From the IMG/VR virus record IMGVR_UViG_3300047272_000220, positions 1 through 33,977 of that record: DNA of 33,977 nt; one strand, 5' to 3'. Shown one piece after another: positions 1 to 9,209 of this stretch (position 1 is the first letter of the stretch; every line of letters begins with the position of its first letter). The stretch comes from a virus (Duplodnaviria > Caudoviricetes). The notes under the pieces were generated by a model, which made no database searches, was not told the origin of the DNA, and worked only from the letters and a program-made list of their open reading frames with translations. The translations under genes were made by a program, and so were the position numbers.

Positions 1-716
1 GGAGTCACCGGACGGCCTGTGGCACGCTGGACGGCTCGCTTCACAACAGGTGCTGCTGCTTGCACGGCACGCTGCACGACTTGGCCCGCACCACCAGCAG
101 CGCCAGCGGTGACAACCTCGCCAGTGTCAAAACGGCCACCAGTGCCTGCTTGGGTTGCCTCGATCACGGCCTGGGTGCCAGCGCCAGCAGCAACCGCACC
201 AGGAAGCGTTGTGGCGCGACCGGCAGGTGTGAAGGCCAGCAAGCCGCCAAGAGCACGTGGAATGTCACCAACAGAGAAGCCGGGTGGGATGGCGTACTCT
301 TTCTGGTCAACAGACGATTTCAGGATGAAGTTTCCCTTGGCGTCTTGGCGTGCCTCGATGCCTGGGAAGTTGGCCTTCAAAATCTGCACGGTCTCCTGTG
401 GGTTGGAAACCAAGGTGCCCAAGGCAGACTTCAAAGAAGCCACGCTCATCTGGTTCAGCTCTGGCATACCAGTCCACTCGGGCAGCGCCTGGGTTTCAGG
501 CGTTGCGCGTCGTGCGCCGGTGACCATCTCGCCAACGGACTCAAAGAAGCCCATCTTCTGAGGTTCAGCTTGGCCACCGAACTGCGTGGCCATGGCCGCA
601 TAGTCGACGGCTGGAGCTGCGGCAGGTGTGGGTGCAGGCGCTGCCAGAGCAGGCGCAGCTGGACTGGTGGCCGTGCCACCGAATTGTCGTGCGAGTGCTG
701 CGTAATCGGTGGCCAT
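1..716 (-). CDS. N-terminal part of a large DNA ejection/injection protein (P22 gp16 position), runs off the left edge
   Basis: Not in the ORF track. My manual translation from ATG at 716 (TGATG overlap with the upstream stop) is open to position 1: MATDYAALARQFGG...KRAVQRATGRPVT. Ala/Gly-rich, and the third gene of the ejection cluster. Confidence 0.8.
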   Translation of the reverse strand, partial: MATDYAALARQFGGTATSPAAPALAAPAPTPAAAPAVDYAAMATQFGGQAEPQKMGFFESVGEMVTGARRATPETQALPEWTGMPELNQMSVASLKSALGTLVSNPQETVQILKANFPGIEARQDAKGNFILKSSVDQKEYAIPPGFSVGDIPRALGGLLAFTPAGRATTLPGAVAAGAGTQAVIEATQAGTGGRFDTGEVVTAGAAGGAGQVVQRAVQAAAPVVKRAVQRATGRPVT

Positions 717-2083
717 CAGCGAATCCCTGCTGCTTTCTTGAAGGCGTCAGCCGCCTGCTGGTTCGGGAATGTAATCACCTGGCCATTGGGAGCCGTAACA
801 CTAACAGCAGCAGATGCAGGTGCAGGCGTACCAGGTGCGGCCGGAGCAGGAGCACCAGGCGCAGTTGGCGCTTGCTCGGTTGGCGAGTAGAAGATGTTTT
901 CAGTCTTCAAGCCATAACCCTTGGCGATGCGCTCCAAGCCGGTGCGGACGGTCTTCTCGCCTTCCAGTGCGCTGTTGTACAAGCCTTTGGCCTGTCCTTT
1001 GAACGCTTCACGCTGAGATGAACTAAGACGTTGTCCGCTTGCAACCTTGTTGTAGATGTTCATGATTCGCTCAGGAACACCAGCTGCGTTTTGCGCTGTG
1101 GCAAATTCACCTTCGCGCACCACAGAACCTGGGTCGAGCATCTTCATGTAGCCAAAGATCAAAGACAAGTCACCAACTGCAGTGTCCTCAGAGGAAAGAA
1201 CACGACCATAGGCCGACTTTACTTCCTGATATGGCTTAGTCTGATCGTTATATTCCTTGCGGAATTTTGTCTCAGTCTCTGGTCGCTTATCAGCAGGGAT
1301 GATGCCTGCACTAATTTGATTGGCTTCCGCCTCTGCACGTTTAGCCTCTGCGCCAGACTTTGCAGCTGCGGCATCAGAAGCACGGCGGGCTGCCTTAGAT
1401 GCGTCGATCTGAGCTTGCGTGAGGCCCAACTCGGCACCAAACCTATCTGGTGCAAACTTTGCCTCAGCCTCTTTGATGATGGCTTCAGATGTAGCTTTGC
1501 TGAGGGTAAACGGCTGAAGTTGCGCCTTGCGACGGTCTTCTTCCAGCTTGACAGCGCTCTCTATGACCTTGTCGCCACCAGGCATCTGCGAGATGGTGAA
1601 GCCGAAGTAGTCCTCGGCCGCCTTCGGGTTTTCCTTGGCCACGTCGCGCCAGGTCTCCAGGAACTTCGCGCCTTCCTCGTCGCCGCCGTTGCGTCGTGCA
1701 GTGATCTGTTGATCGAGCAGGTTCACAGCAATGTCAGGCTTGCCAGACTTGAAGGCCGAGAACACCTGGCCAGATCGCTGCAGGGCGTTTTGCTGCTGGT
1801 CAGCGTTGATCAGGCTGAAGCTCTCGCGAACGGCCTTAGCCTGCGTTTCGGGAAGCATCATGGCCAGATCGGCATAGTCCTTGGCCGTCGCGCCGGGCTG
1901 GCGCAGACGCTCAAAAGCCTGCATGACGGTCTTTTGCTGCTCGGCCTGGCGCTGTGCTTGCTCCTGAGCCATGCGTGTTTCAGTTATGGCTGTTCCAGTC
2001 TTGAACGCCTGCAGAAATGTCTGAGACGGGTCAGGCACATCGATGCCGTAATTGATTGGGCCCATTGGGAGTTGAAGTGCCAT
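716..2083 (-). CDS. DNA ejection/transfer protein (P22 gp20 position)
   Basis: 455 aa, helical Ala/Gln/Glu-rich; lies between the gp7-like gene and the large ejection gene. Confidence 0.7.
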   Translation of the reverse strand: MALQLPMGPINYGIDVPDPSQTFLQAFKTGTAITETRMAQEQAQRQAEQQKTVMQAFERLRQPGATAKDYADLAMMLPETQAKAVRESFSLINADQQQNALQRSGQVFSAFKSGKPDIAVNLLDQQITARRNGGDEEGAKFLETWRDVAKENPKAAEDYFGFTISQMPGGDKVIESAVKLEEDRRKAQLQPFTLSKATSEAIIKEAEAKFAPDRFGAELGLTQAQIDASKAARRASDAAAAKSGAEAKRAEAEANQISAGIIPADKRPETETKFRKEYNDQTKPYQEVKSAYGRVLSSEDTAVGDLSLIFGYMKMLDPGSVVREGEFATAQNAAGVPERIMNIYNKVASGQRLSSSQREAFKGQAKGLYNSALEGEKTVRTGLERIAKGYGLKTENIFYSPTEQAPTAPGAPAPAAPGTPAPASAAVSVTAPNGQVITFPNQQAADAFKKAAGIR

Positions 2084-2730
2084 CAGAATTTACCTCCAAG
2101 GCCAGAGAAGATGCCAAGGCCGCCAGAGATGGCAGAAGGGATCGACGCAAAGGCCTTACCTGCAGCCATCTGGCCGCCAGCCGTTGCTGCGCCCTGTGCC
2201 GCAAGAAGTGACGCAATATTGCTGCCAGTTTCCTGTGCCGCAGCGCCTGTGCCTGCAGCGGATGCTTGGCCAAATTTAGCCAAACCGCCAAGCTGGCCAT
2301 ATTGTTGCTCGATCAACTGGCTAAGAATTTGTGGCCTGAACTGAGCGAGTGCTGCCTGGACGTTGCCACCACGCAGACCGCCAGTGGCAGATGCACGTTG
2401 CAGCAGGGCGTTTTCGCCTTGCGCCGTCAATGCCTGAAAAGCCGGGCCTTGCTCAATGGCAGAAATGGCCGCACGTTGAGCTTCGGGGCCTTGCACGCCG
2501 ACCAGGGCTTGCTGCTGCTTGAACGCCTCAGTGCCTCCGGTGACGTACGGCTCAAGCAGTTTCTGAACAACGTCGAATTGGCGACGCTGCTCCTCGATGC
2601 CAGCTTGCGATGCGCCAGCCTGTGTTGAGGCCGCGTCTTTGGCAGCCTCGCCTTGCATGTAGCCAGAAACCAGCGTCGCGCCGCCAACGGCAACGCCAGC
2701 CAGTGCGGCTCCAGATAATCCAAAAGTCAT
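2083..2730 (-). CDS. DNA transfer protein, P22 gp7-like
   Basis: 215 aa Gly/Ala/Gln-rich with a hydrophobic N-terminus and the ASATGGLRGGN motif typical of gp7-like proteins. Confidence 0.8.
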   Translation of the reverse strand: MTFGLSGAALAGVAVGGATLVSGYMQGEAAKDAASTQAGASQAGIEEQRRQFDVVQKLLEPYVTGGTEAFKQQQALVGVQGPEAQRAAISAIEQGPAFQALTAQGENALLQRASATGGLRGGNVQAALAQFRPQILSQLIEQQYGQLGGLAKFGQASAAGTGAAAQETGSNIASLLAAQGAATAGGQMAAGKAFASIPSAISGGLGIFSGLGGKF

Positions 2731-3185
2731 TTTGCGCCCTCCAGATGCGTGTGTTGGACGGCCTCCAAAGCCAAAGCCGGTGCAGGGACGGTGTACATGT
2801 CCCAGATGGTCTTCGGGTCGGTCTCGTTTGTGGGGTTCGCGTGGAAGGTGGTCACTTCAACATCGGTGAGCGCAACGCCAGCACGCTTGGTATTGGGTTT
2901 AGTGACGCTCATGAAGCCGGGGCCGACCTTGGCCGAGCCGTCGTCAGTGGTGACGATCAGGTGGCCTTTGCGAACAACGAAAAAGGACTCGTCCTTGTGC
3001 ACTGCGCCGGTCAGGACTGTGCCAGCCGGGATGTGCATGGTGCGAGCGTATAGGCCATTGCAGAAGTCGTGATCGACTGGCATCTCAACCTGGGGCAACT
3101 TGAGCAGTTCGGCCTCCAGGCGATAGATCGGCAGGTGCTCTGCTGGCACTTGCTTCTCAATTTCCTGAACCGCGACATTGCTCAT
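2727..3185 (-). CDS. cupin-fold protein
   Basis: HDFCNGLYARTMHIPAGTVLTGAVHK...FVVRKG beta-barrel pattern; start reassigned to ATG 3185 because AGGAG precedes it. Confidence 0.65.
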   Translation of the reverse strand: MSNVAVQEIEKQVPAEHLPIYRLEAELLKLPQVEMPVDHDFCNGLYARTMHIPAGTVLTGAVHKDESFFVVRKGHLIVTTDDGSAKVGPGFMSVTKPNTKRAGVALTDVEVTTFHANPTNETDPKTIWDMYTVPAPALALEAVQHTHLEGAK

Positions 3186-3239
3186 TGGGCACTCCTGTGA
3201 AGGGTGAGCCACTGGCAGCTCGGACAGCTCAGTGCCGTT

Positions 3240-3267
3240 ATTGTCCCACATTCGCATGGCCTGTCAA
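3240..3267 (-). promoter_or_regulatory. putative promoter for the cupin/ejection-protein genes
   Basis: TTGACA-16-GACAAT with a TGn extension on the minus strand. Confidence 0.5.
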
Positions 3268-3662
3268 TCCATCTCAAATTCGCGCTCTTCCCAGGCTTGG
3301 CAAGAACGCAGGTCGTGACAGATGAAGTCGAATTTGGTGCAGTAGCCACGGTAACCAGCGTCTGTGTCCCATTCATTGCGCGGGATTCGCTCCATCAGCG
3401 CCTGTTTGTAGGTGCTGTTGTCGTAATACTCGCAGTTCGAGCAGCGACGACGACGGGCCTCTTTCTCGTCGACCTGCATGGCCTTGCCCAATGCAACCCA
3501 GTAGACCTTGTTGGCCGTTGGATCGTTGCTGGGGTTTTCAGGGCCAAGCATCCAGTCGTCGATGACGGTCTGGGTGTTTTTCTTGTTTTCGGCCGTGGTG
3601 ATGAACGGCTCTGATTCAGGCAGGCCGGTAAATCCTGCCATCATGATCTTCGGCATTTCCAT
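3264..3662 (-). CDS. Cys-rich protein with HiPIP-like Cys/Trp pattern
   Basis: RCSNCEYY...GYCTKFDFICHDLRSCQAW; RBS AAGGAG before ATG 3662. Confidence 0.55.
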   Translation of the reverse strand: MEMPKIMMAGFTGLPESEPFITTAENKKNTQTVIDDWMLGPENPSNDPTANKVYWVALGKAMQVDEKEARRRRCSNCEYYDNSTYKQALMERIPRNEWDTDAGYRGYCTKFDFICHDLRSCQAWEEREFEMD

Positions 3663-3672
3663 GGTGTTCTCC

Positions 3673-4008
3673 TTATGTGATCTCGCGGCCACTGGCGCGA
3701 ATGGTCAGCGATGTTGCAGCGCTGGCGATGGTGGAAATGAATGCGCCAGGTTCCAGCACTTGGCCAACCAGCTCTGGGCAAGTGTAGGTTTCATCTGGTG
3801 CGACGCTGCGCGTGTCAACGATCAGATTTGAAACACCAGCCGTGCCACCACTAGTCACCAAGTTGACGCTAATCGTCACGTTGGTCGTGTTGGTGTTGGT
3901 GATCGTGAATTTGTCGATGATGGTCTTGCAGTTGGTCGCGGTGTACTGCGTGGTCTGCGATGCCTCAGCCTGCTTTGATGGGATTAGGGTTTTTACTAGG
4001 ACGCTCAT
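3673..4008 (-). CDS. small all-beta putative virion protein (paralog 2)
   Basis: 111 aa, Thr-rich, AAGGAG RBS; resembles the neighbouring gene (TNTNTTNVTISVNLVTSGGTAG...LTIRASG). Confidence 0.7.
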   Translation of the reverse strand: MSVLVKTLIPSKQAEASQTTQYTATNCKTIIDKFTITNTNTTNVTISVNLVTSGGTAGVSNLIVDTRSVAPDETYTCPELVGQVLEPGAFISTIASAATSLTIRASGREIT

Positions 4009-4017
4009 GGTTTCTCC

Positions 4018-4353
4018 TTATGTTGCTTGCGCACCGCTGGCGATGATGGTCAGACCAGCGGATGCTGCCTGAACTTGAATTGTGTCGCCTGCATTCAGTA
4101 CCTCGATTCCGTTGTACTGCAAAGCGTTATTTGCAGGAACAGATACGTCGTACAGAAATGCATTTCCAGTGCCTGCCGATCCTGCCGATGGCACCAAGAA
4201 CACGCGCACATTGATGGACGCGCCTGTGGTGTTGGCGATGCTGAACTCTTTGAGCAGAGCGCGAGTGCTGGCTGGGACTGTGTAGAGCGTTGTCACGCCT
4301 GTGGTGATGGCCGCTTGGCCAAACTTTGTTGGTGTGATTACATCGAAAGCCAT
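4018..4353 (-). CDS. small all-beta putative virion protein (paralog 1)
   Basis: 111 aa; YTVPAS...ANTTGASINVRVFLVPSAGSAG...LTIIASG. Confidence 0.7.
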   Translation of the reverse strand: MAFDVITPTKFGQAAITTGVTTLYTVPASTRALLKEFSIANTTGASINVRVFLVPSAGSAGTGNAFLYDVSVPANNALQYNGIEVLNAGDTIQVQAASAGLTIIASGAQAT

Positions 4354-5354
4354 GTGAGCACCTGATTTGATTGAACAGAAGCCGGAAGGCTTGATGTTGG
4401 CACGGGGCCATTCTCCCAGCGCTGTTGGACGCCATCGTAAACCAGCACATCACCATTGGCAGGTGTTGGCGCATAAACGTCGGACAGCTGGCTTACTGAA
4501 GGAATGGCTGAAACTCTGACAAAAACAGATCCAGAGCCTCCAGACCCAGCATTGACAACTGAAGCAACTACCACATGTGGCGTAGGAGCTTGTGGCAAGT
4601 TCTTGGTCAGTCCACCTGCAAACAATGGGTTGAAGTACAAGATATCACCATCTGCCCAGGTCTCGCCATAAGGAGCGCCGGTCGTGTTGAACCCACGCAC
4701 AAGACCAAAGCTGGAGACCAAACCAAAGGCATTGTTTGCCATGTCTTCAGCGGCCACACCCATGATGAGCTGGCCATTTGTAATTCCAGTGGATGGCTTT
4801 CCCTTCAATACACCAGATGATCCAACAGCTCCGTCAAACATGACAAGCTGGCCTTTTGTGATGGCTGCCGATGCCTTGATGTAGTAGTACTGTGATTCTC
4901 CGATAGCCTGGTTGACGTTGGGCGTCATTTCCAGATTAAGGGTGTAGCCTCCATTCCAGTGCATCCTGCCGACTTTGATTGCTGGCGCTGGAGTCGTGGT
5001 GTTGAAATCTATGTAGTCCGTGACCACAGAGTTATTGTTCTGGATCACAGGGGCCATGGCCAGCATCTCCAGCGAGTTGGCAATCCGTCCAAGCGTGTCA
5101 AGCGCCTGCACGGCCTTCTGGTCTGCTGCTCCGCTGTTTATGGCCGCGTCTTGCGCCAATCTGACAATCTGCGCCAGCGCCTCGGTGGCCGCCGCATCTG
5201 CGTTGCCAGCCTGAATGCTGATTCCGGTGGTATCGCTTGAAGGCGAGACCTCGTCAGCAATTTGAAACAGTTGCTCGAACTGTTTGATCTGCTCGTGGTT
5301 CTTTAAGAACGTTGCGAGCTGATCGCGAGTGAGGTTGAGCTTTCTTGTGGCCAT
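4338..5354 (-). CDS. putative tail needle/fibre protein (P22 gp26 position)
   Basis: 338 aa directly downstream of the gp10-like gene; helical N-terminus, beta-rich C-terminus ending in a LSDVY...NGDVLVYD...W fibre-type repeat. Confidence 0.55.
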   Translation of the reverse strand: MATRKLNLTRDQLATFLKNHEQIKQFEQLFQIADEVSPSSDTTGISIQAGNADAAATEALAQIVRLAQDAAINSGAADQKAVQALDTLGRIANSLEMLAMAPVIQNNNSVVTDYIDFNTTTPAPAIKVGRMHWNGGYTLNLEMTPNVNQAIGESQYYYIKASAAITKGQLVMFDGAVGSSGVLKGKPSTGITNGQLIMGVAAEDMANNAFGLVSSFGLVRGFNTTGAPYGETWADGDILYFNPLFAGGLTKNLPQAPTPHVVVASVVNAGSGGSGSVFVRVSAIPSVSQLSDVYAPTPANGDVLVYDGVQQRWENGPVPTSSLPASVQSNQVLTWLSM

Positions 5355-5356
5355 GG

Positions 5357-6760
5357 TCAGTAGGCCAGCGGCTCAAGTTGCGCCTCAAGACGGGCAAAGG
5401 ACAGGTGCGCTTGGCTGTCGCCACGGAAGCGCTGGATGCGCCAGTTGCGCATGTGGCCCTGCTGAAACCATGCCAGGCGCTTGGTGGTGTTGCCTGTCGT
5501 TCCGACGCGCAGCGGTCTGTCTTGGCTCCAGGCCATGCCGTCCACCGAGTAGCTGGTCGTGATGATCGGGTCAATGCCCAAGGCCACGCGGCCGGTGAGG
5601 CTGACCAGCTCCAGCTTGTTGAAGATCGCGCCATTGCCTTCGTTGTAAACGATGATGGTGCCAAATTCCCAGCGGACGATCTGTCCCCAATGCGTACCGA
5701 TGTTGTCCACCAGGTAGCCGATGTTGCTGGACTGCGGGTCACCCACCAGCCACTTGTCGTAGGCCCAGATCAGGTTCCGCGCACGGTACTGGCTGAAGCC
5801 GACGGTCGAGGTGGTCAGGATGAACCAGACCTGTGTCTGCATTTCCTGCGATGCGGCTGCGTCATAAACCAGTGTCTTATCTGGCAGGTGCACATACAGG
5901 TGCTCGTGCGCCTTGTCGTTGCGTGCTTCCAGCTTCACCGTGGCCAGTTGCACCTCGGTGTAGCCAAGCAGCAGTTCGTCGATCTCCTGAGTGCTTATTT
6001 TTTGAGCAGTTGCGTTTGCGCCAAGGTAGATTCCTGGCGCTTCGTTGCGGCCACTGCCCAAGAAGGCAACTGTTTCCAGGTAGACGCAGCAGCCAAAGGT
6101 TCCGATCACGCCCTTCTGAATTTGCGCTCCGTCGATGCGCTGAAACGGGAAGAAGTCACCGCCAACGTTATCGAACACCTCGATGGTGTTGCGGTTCAGG
6201 GCATAGATTTCGTTGCGTAGCTTGAGCAGCGCCACCACGGGGTCTGGGTCGACTTCAGAACTGCCGTACTTCAGCGGGTTGACCTGGGTCGGGTCGGTCA
6301 GATCGGTCACGATCAGGTTGGTGCCGTCGGTGGTCATGAAGTAGCCATCTACCCAGACCACGTCCAGAACAACGCCAAGGTCGGGGTCGGTCACTTGCGT
6401 GAGTGCGCCATTCCAGTAATACAGGCGGCCACCAGACGCGATAGCCAGGCGGTCGAAGCTGTAGTCCATGGTCACCAGCGTGTTGACGGGGCCGCCAACG
6501 TCACCCAGCACGGTCACAGCGCCATTGCTGGACACGGTAACGAGCTTGGTGCCCATGACGCGGTAACAAACGCCGTTCCAGTTGATGCCGCCACGGTCAA
6601 CGCCTGGGCCTGTTCCGTTGGCAACGATGCCGTCTCCAGGACGCAGATAACCGGCGCTGATGCCGGACTGCTTTGGCACGGGCATCATGTTCACCGGGTA
6701 GCTCGTGCGCAGGTCAGGGCCGTTGTCGGTGTAGATGCCGTTGAGGATTTGAATTTGCAT
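5357..6760 (-). CDS. packaged DNA stabilization/tail hub protein, P22 gp10-like
   Basis: 467 aa; PVNMMPVPK...SAGYLRP, GVCYRVMGTKL; size and position match gp10. Confidence 0.85.
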   Translation of the reverse strand: MQIQILNGIYTDNGPDLRTSYPVNMMPVPKQSGISAGYLRPGDGIVANGTGPGVDRGGINWNGVCYRVMGTKLVTVSSNGAVTVLGDVGGPVNTLVTMDYSFDRLAIASGGRLYYWNGALTQVTDPDLGVVLDVVWVDGYFMTTDGTNLIVTDLTDPTQVNPLKYGSSEVDPDPVVALLKLRNEIYALNRNTIEVFDNVGGDFFPFQRIDGAQIQKGVIGTFGCCVYLETVAFLGSGRNEAPGIYLGANATAQKISTQEIDELLLGYTEVQLATVKLEARNDKAHEHLYVHLPDKTLVYDAAASQEMQTQVWFILTTSTVGFSQYRARNLIWAYDKWLVGDPQSSNIGYLVDNIGTHWGQIVRWEFGTIIVYNEGNGAIFNKLELVSLTGRVALGIDPIITTSYSVDGMAWSQDRPLRVGTTGNTTKRLAWFQQGHMRNWRIQRFRGDSQAHLSFARLEAQLEPLAY

Positions 6761-6763
6761 GGC

Positions 6764-7051
6764 TTACCACTTCACCTTGTTTGCCCAATACGCAGCGCTC
6801 ATTTTGCCTTTGGAGATGTTCTCTGCGTGCCTAGCTTTGAAAGATTCACGCCGCGTCTTGTCGGCCTTGCTCTCGCCTTCACGCTTTGGAGACCCAGACA
6901 CGCCTTGCTGACCAAAGCGGATCGTCTTGATCTGGTCGCCAGCCTTGGCCACCACGACGTGCGACTTGGTTGGATGCGATGGCGTGCGCTTTGGCTTGTT
7001 GAAGCCTTCAACGCCAACGCGCTCCAGTCGTGGGTCTTTCTTGGTGGCCAT
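6764..7051 (-). CDS. small basic conserved phage protein
   Basis: 95 aa; KTIRFGQQG...RRESFKARH...SAAYWANKVKW pattern that I recall from many phages; function unknown. Confidence 0.7.
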   Translation of the reverse strand: MATKKDPRLERVGVEGFNKPKRTPSHPTKSHVVVAKAGDQIKTIRFGQQGVSGSPKREGESKADKTRRESFKARHAENISKGKMSAAYWANKVKW

Positions 7052-7053
7052 GG

Positions 7054-7509
7054 TTATGCGATGCGATACCAGCTGTTTGTGGATTGCACGAAGCGCATGC
7101 GGAAGAAATCCTCGGCGGCCAGGGTGGTCGGCGCACCGTAGGCGGCTGCTGCGCCGTTCAGTGCCAGCGCGAAGGCTGTGATCTGCTGAGTGGTGGTGAT
7201 GAGCACTTCAGTGCCGTCAGGCGTCTGTGTGTTCAGCGGAAGCGTCACGGTGCCAGCAGCCAAAGTTCCAGCAGGCTGGATCAGCATCCACTGTTGCTGG
7301 GCCACGGGTGTCGGAACGGCCACGTTGAAGCCGGTGCCTGGCGTGAAAATGCTGGTGGCCAACGTTGGGCTGGCAAAGTTCTGTTGGAAGAACTGCAGCA
7401 GCGCACCGATGGGCAGACGACGGGCGTCGCCGTTGTTCGGTGTGTAGACGGGAATCTGGTCGCCAGGAGAGGCAACAGAAAGCAGCGGCAATTGGTTGAT
7501 GTAAGCCAT
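7054..7509 (-). CDS. putative structural protein
   Basis: 151 aa beta-rich ORF in the head-tail cluster with AAGGA RBS. Confidence 0.65.
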   Translation of the reverse strand: MAYINQLPLLSVASPGDQIPVYTPNNGDARRLPIGALLQFFQQNFASPTLATSIFTPGTGFNVAVPTPVAQQQWMLIQPAGTLAAGTVTLPLNTQTPDGTEVLITTTQQITAFALALNGAAAAYGAPTTLAAEDFFRMRFVQSTNSWYRIA

Positions 7510-7518
7510 GGTGAATCC

Positions 7519-8001
7519 TTAGTTGAACTGGAGTGGGCCGTCTGGGCCAGCGTCGACAGGATCGACGGGAGGACGGATGAACGGGTTGTCGTAGACGCGC
7601 CATGGCTTATTGCCAGCGCCAGCAGGCATGGTGGCCGGGAGCTGTTGCTCGGGCGGCATGGTGGCACGTTGCAGTAGGGTGTTGTAACTGTCCTTGGCCA
7701 CGGCCTTGGTATCAGGCATCACCACCTTGCCGTAGCTAGGAGCAATGCGGATGGCCAAGTTGGTCAAGATGGCCTGGTTGGCTGAATCAGGGACAAGCGT
7801 CGGCTCGTCCAGATCGCTGTCCTGTGGGCTGCCTGGCAGTGGATAGCCCAAACGGATGCCCTTGCCGTTCCAGTCTGCAATCATGGCATCAAGGCGACGC
7901 AATGCAGCTTGCAGCTGCTCAGGCGACAGGTCAAAGACATAGGACGCAAGGCCGATCTCTTCAAATGCCGCAGCGACGAATTGGCGCTTGCTGTACCCCA
8001 T
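7519..8001 (-). CDS. head-to-tail adaptor, P22 gp4-like
   Basis: ALRRLDAMIADW...LGY...NLAIRIAPSYG...MPAGAGNK motifs. Confidence 0.85.
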   Translation of the reverse strand: MGYSKRQFVAAAFEEIGLASYVFDLSPEQLQAALRRLDAMIADWNGKGIRLGYPLPGSPQDSDLDEPTLVPDSANQAILTNLAIRIAPSYGKVVMPDTKAVAKDSYNTLLQRATMPPEQQLPATMPAGAGNKPWRVYDNPFIRPPVDPVDAGPDGPLQFN

Positions 8002-8002
8002 G

Positions 8003-8305
8003 TCAGGCCTCCTGCTTGTTGAGTGCTTCGGTGATCATGGCCAGCAGCTTCTCGTCGCTGGTGCGCTTGGTGAATGTCAGGCCGAGTTCTTTGGCCTTAT
8101 CGACCAGCTCGATGCGGGTCGGCGCTTCGCTGTCGTCAGGCACTGAGGTCTCCACGACTTCGGGCGCTTGAGGTGCGGCTGCAGCTGCGGCTGCCTGCTC
8201 GCGCAACAGACGGTGATTGATGCCGTCGATTGGCCGGGATGGCTTGCGAACCTTCACGGGCTTTTTGTTCTTGCGGTACTTGGGCATGAGGATGTTGTCT
8301 TGCAT
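8003..8305 (-). CDS. hypothetical protein with C-terminal small helical (HeH/LEM-like) domain
   Basis: TRIELVDKAKELGLTFTKRTSDEKLLAMI; TGATG coupling to the upstream small ORF. Confidence 0.6.
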   Translation of the reverse strand: MQDNILMPKYRKNKKPVKVRKPSRPIDGINHRLLREQAAAAAAAPQAPEVVETSVPDDSEAPTRIELVDKAKELGLTFTKRTSDEKLLAMITEALNKQEA

Positions 8306-8475
8306 CACTTGGCCTTTTTCTTTGGTGCTTTGCTTGGCTTGCCTGCTGCCTTGGCTGCTTTCTCGGCTGTGCTGAGAGCAATAGCCACGGCTTGCTTCAT
8401 TGGCTTGCCAGCCTTCTTTTCCATCTTGATGTTCTTGCCGATGGATTTACTCGAGTAACCTTTGGTCAGTGGCAT
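8305..8475 (-). CDS. small Lys-rich phage protein (56 aa)
   Basis: Below the ORF-track cutoff; MPLTKGYSSKSIGKNIKMEKKAGKPMKQAVAIALS..., RBS GGAGAAGG. Confidence 0.7.
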   Translation of the reverse strand: MPLTKGYSSKSIGKNIKMEKKAGKPMKQAVAIALSTAEKAAKAAGKPSKAPKKKAK

Positions 8476-9209
8476 GGTGCCTTCTCCTGTTTTCGTTTCT
8501 CACGGGCCAGTTGCATGGATGCAAGGCGCTTCGCACGGACAACTGGGTCTTGCCACGAGCTTGCCGTCTTGCCTGCGATTTTCTGCTTTGTGCTGTCGTC
8601 GCGCAATGAGCGTTTACGAGCCTTGGCCGAAGCACTCATCTTGGCGCGTGTTTCGTTCGATCGTTCGTAGGCCAGTTTTTGCTTTGTCTCATCGGACATT
8701 GCATAGCCTGATGCCTTTCGATCATCCCACCAAGATTTGACTTGTTCTGATCTTTTGGCACGCCGTTCGTCATTCCAGCTGGCTTTCAGGCCGTCTGAAA
8801 CTTTCTCACGGTATTGCTCGTTTTGCCACTGCTTTGCTGTCGCTTCCGACCATGCAGAGGTGTCAGCATGCTTTCTGCCTTTTGCCTTGGCAGAGATTTT
8901 CAGTGCAACTGATGGGCTTTTTGATGGGGCAGTTTCGCCGCCTGCTGTCACGTTGTAGCCAAACGGCACAAGCGTTCCAACGGCAATGATGGCTGCTTTT
9001 TCTGCTGCATGAAGTTCATCATGCGTTGCAAACTCTCCAACAACAGTGACCACTGGCTCGCCATGCTTGCGCCATGCGCAATGCACCGGAAGCTGACTTC
9101 CTCGCTTTGCTGCTTGACGGTGTGCTGAAAGGCGAGTGTTCATTGTTCTTGTGGTTTGTCCGATGTAGGCCTTGCCTGATGCAAAAACCAGCTTGTAGAG
9201 AATGTGCAT
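8466..9209 (-). mobile_element. free-standing GIY-YIG homing endonuclease with NUMOD3-like repeats
   Basis: HILYKL...KAYIGQT...R...E...GYNVTAGG catalytic domain; C-terminal SDETKQKL, SNETRAKMS and DSTKQKIA repeats; inserted right after the coat gene. Confidence 0.85.

Noticed and set aside
19-890. Plus-strand ORFs 19-561 and 60-890
   Set aside because: Antisense to the open minus-strand ejection-protein frame, which the ORF track missed because it has no stop in the window
4338-4353. Possible programmed frameshift between the needle-like gene and the next ORF
   Set aside because: The 16-nt overlap has its own RBS (AGGTG) and ATG, and no slippery heptamer
8466-9209. GIY-YIG gene as part of a group I intron
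   Set aside because: The coat gene ends with its own stop and the downstream gene has its own start; the short flanks leave no room for an intron core
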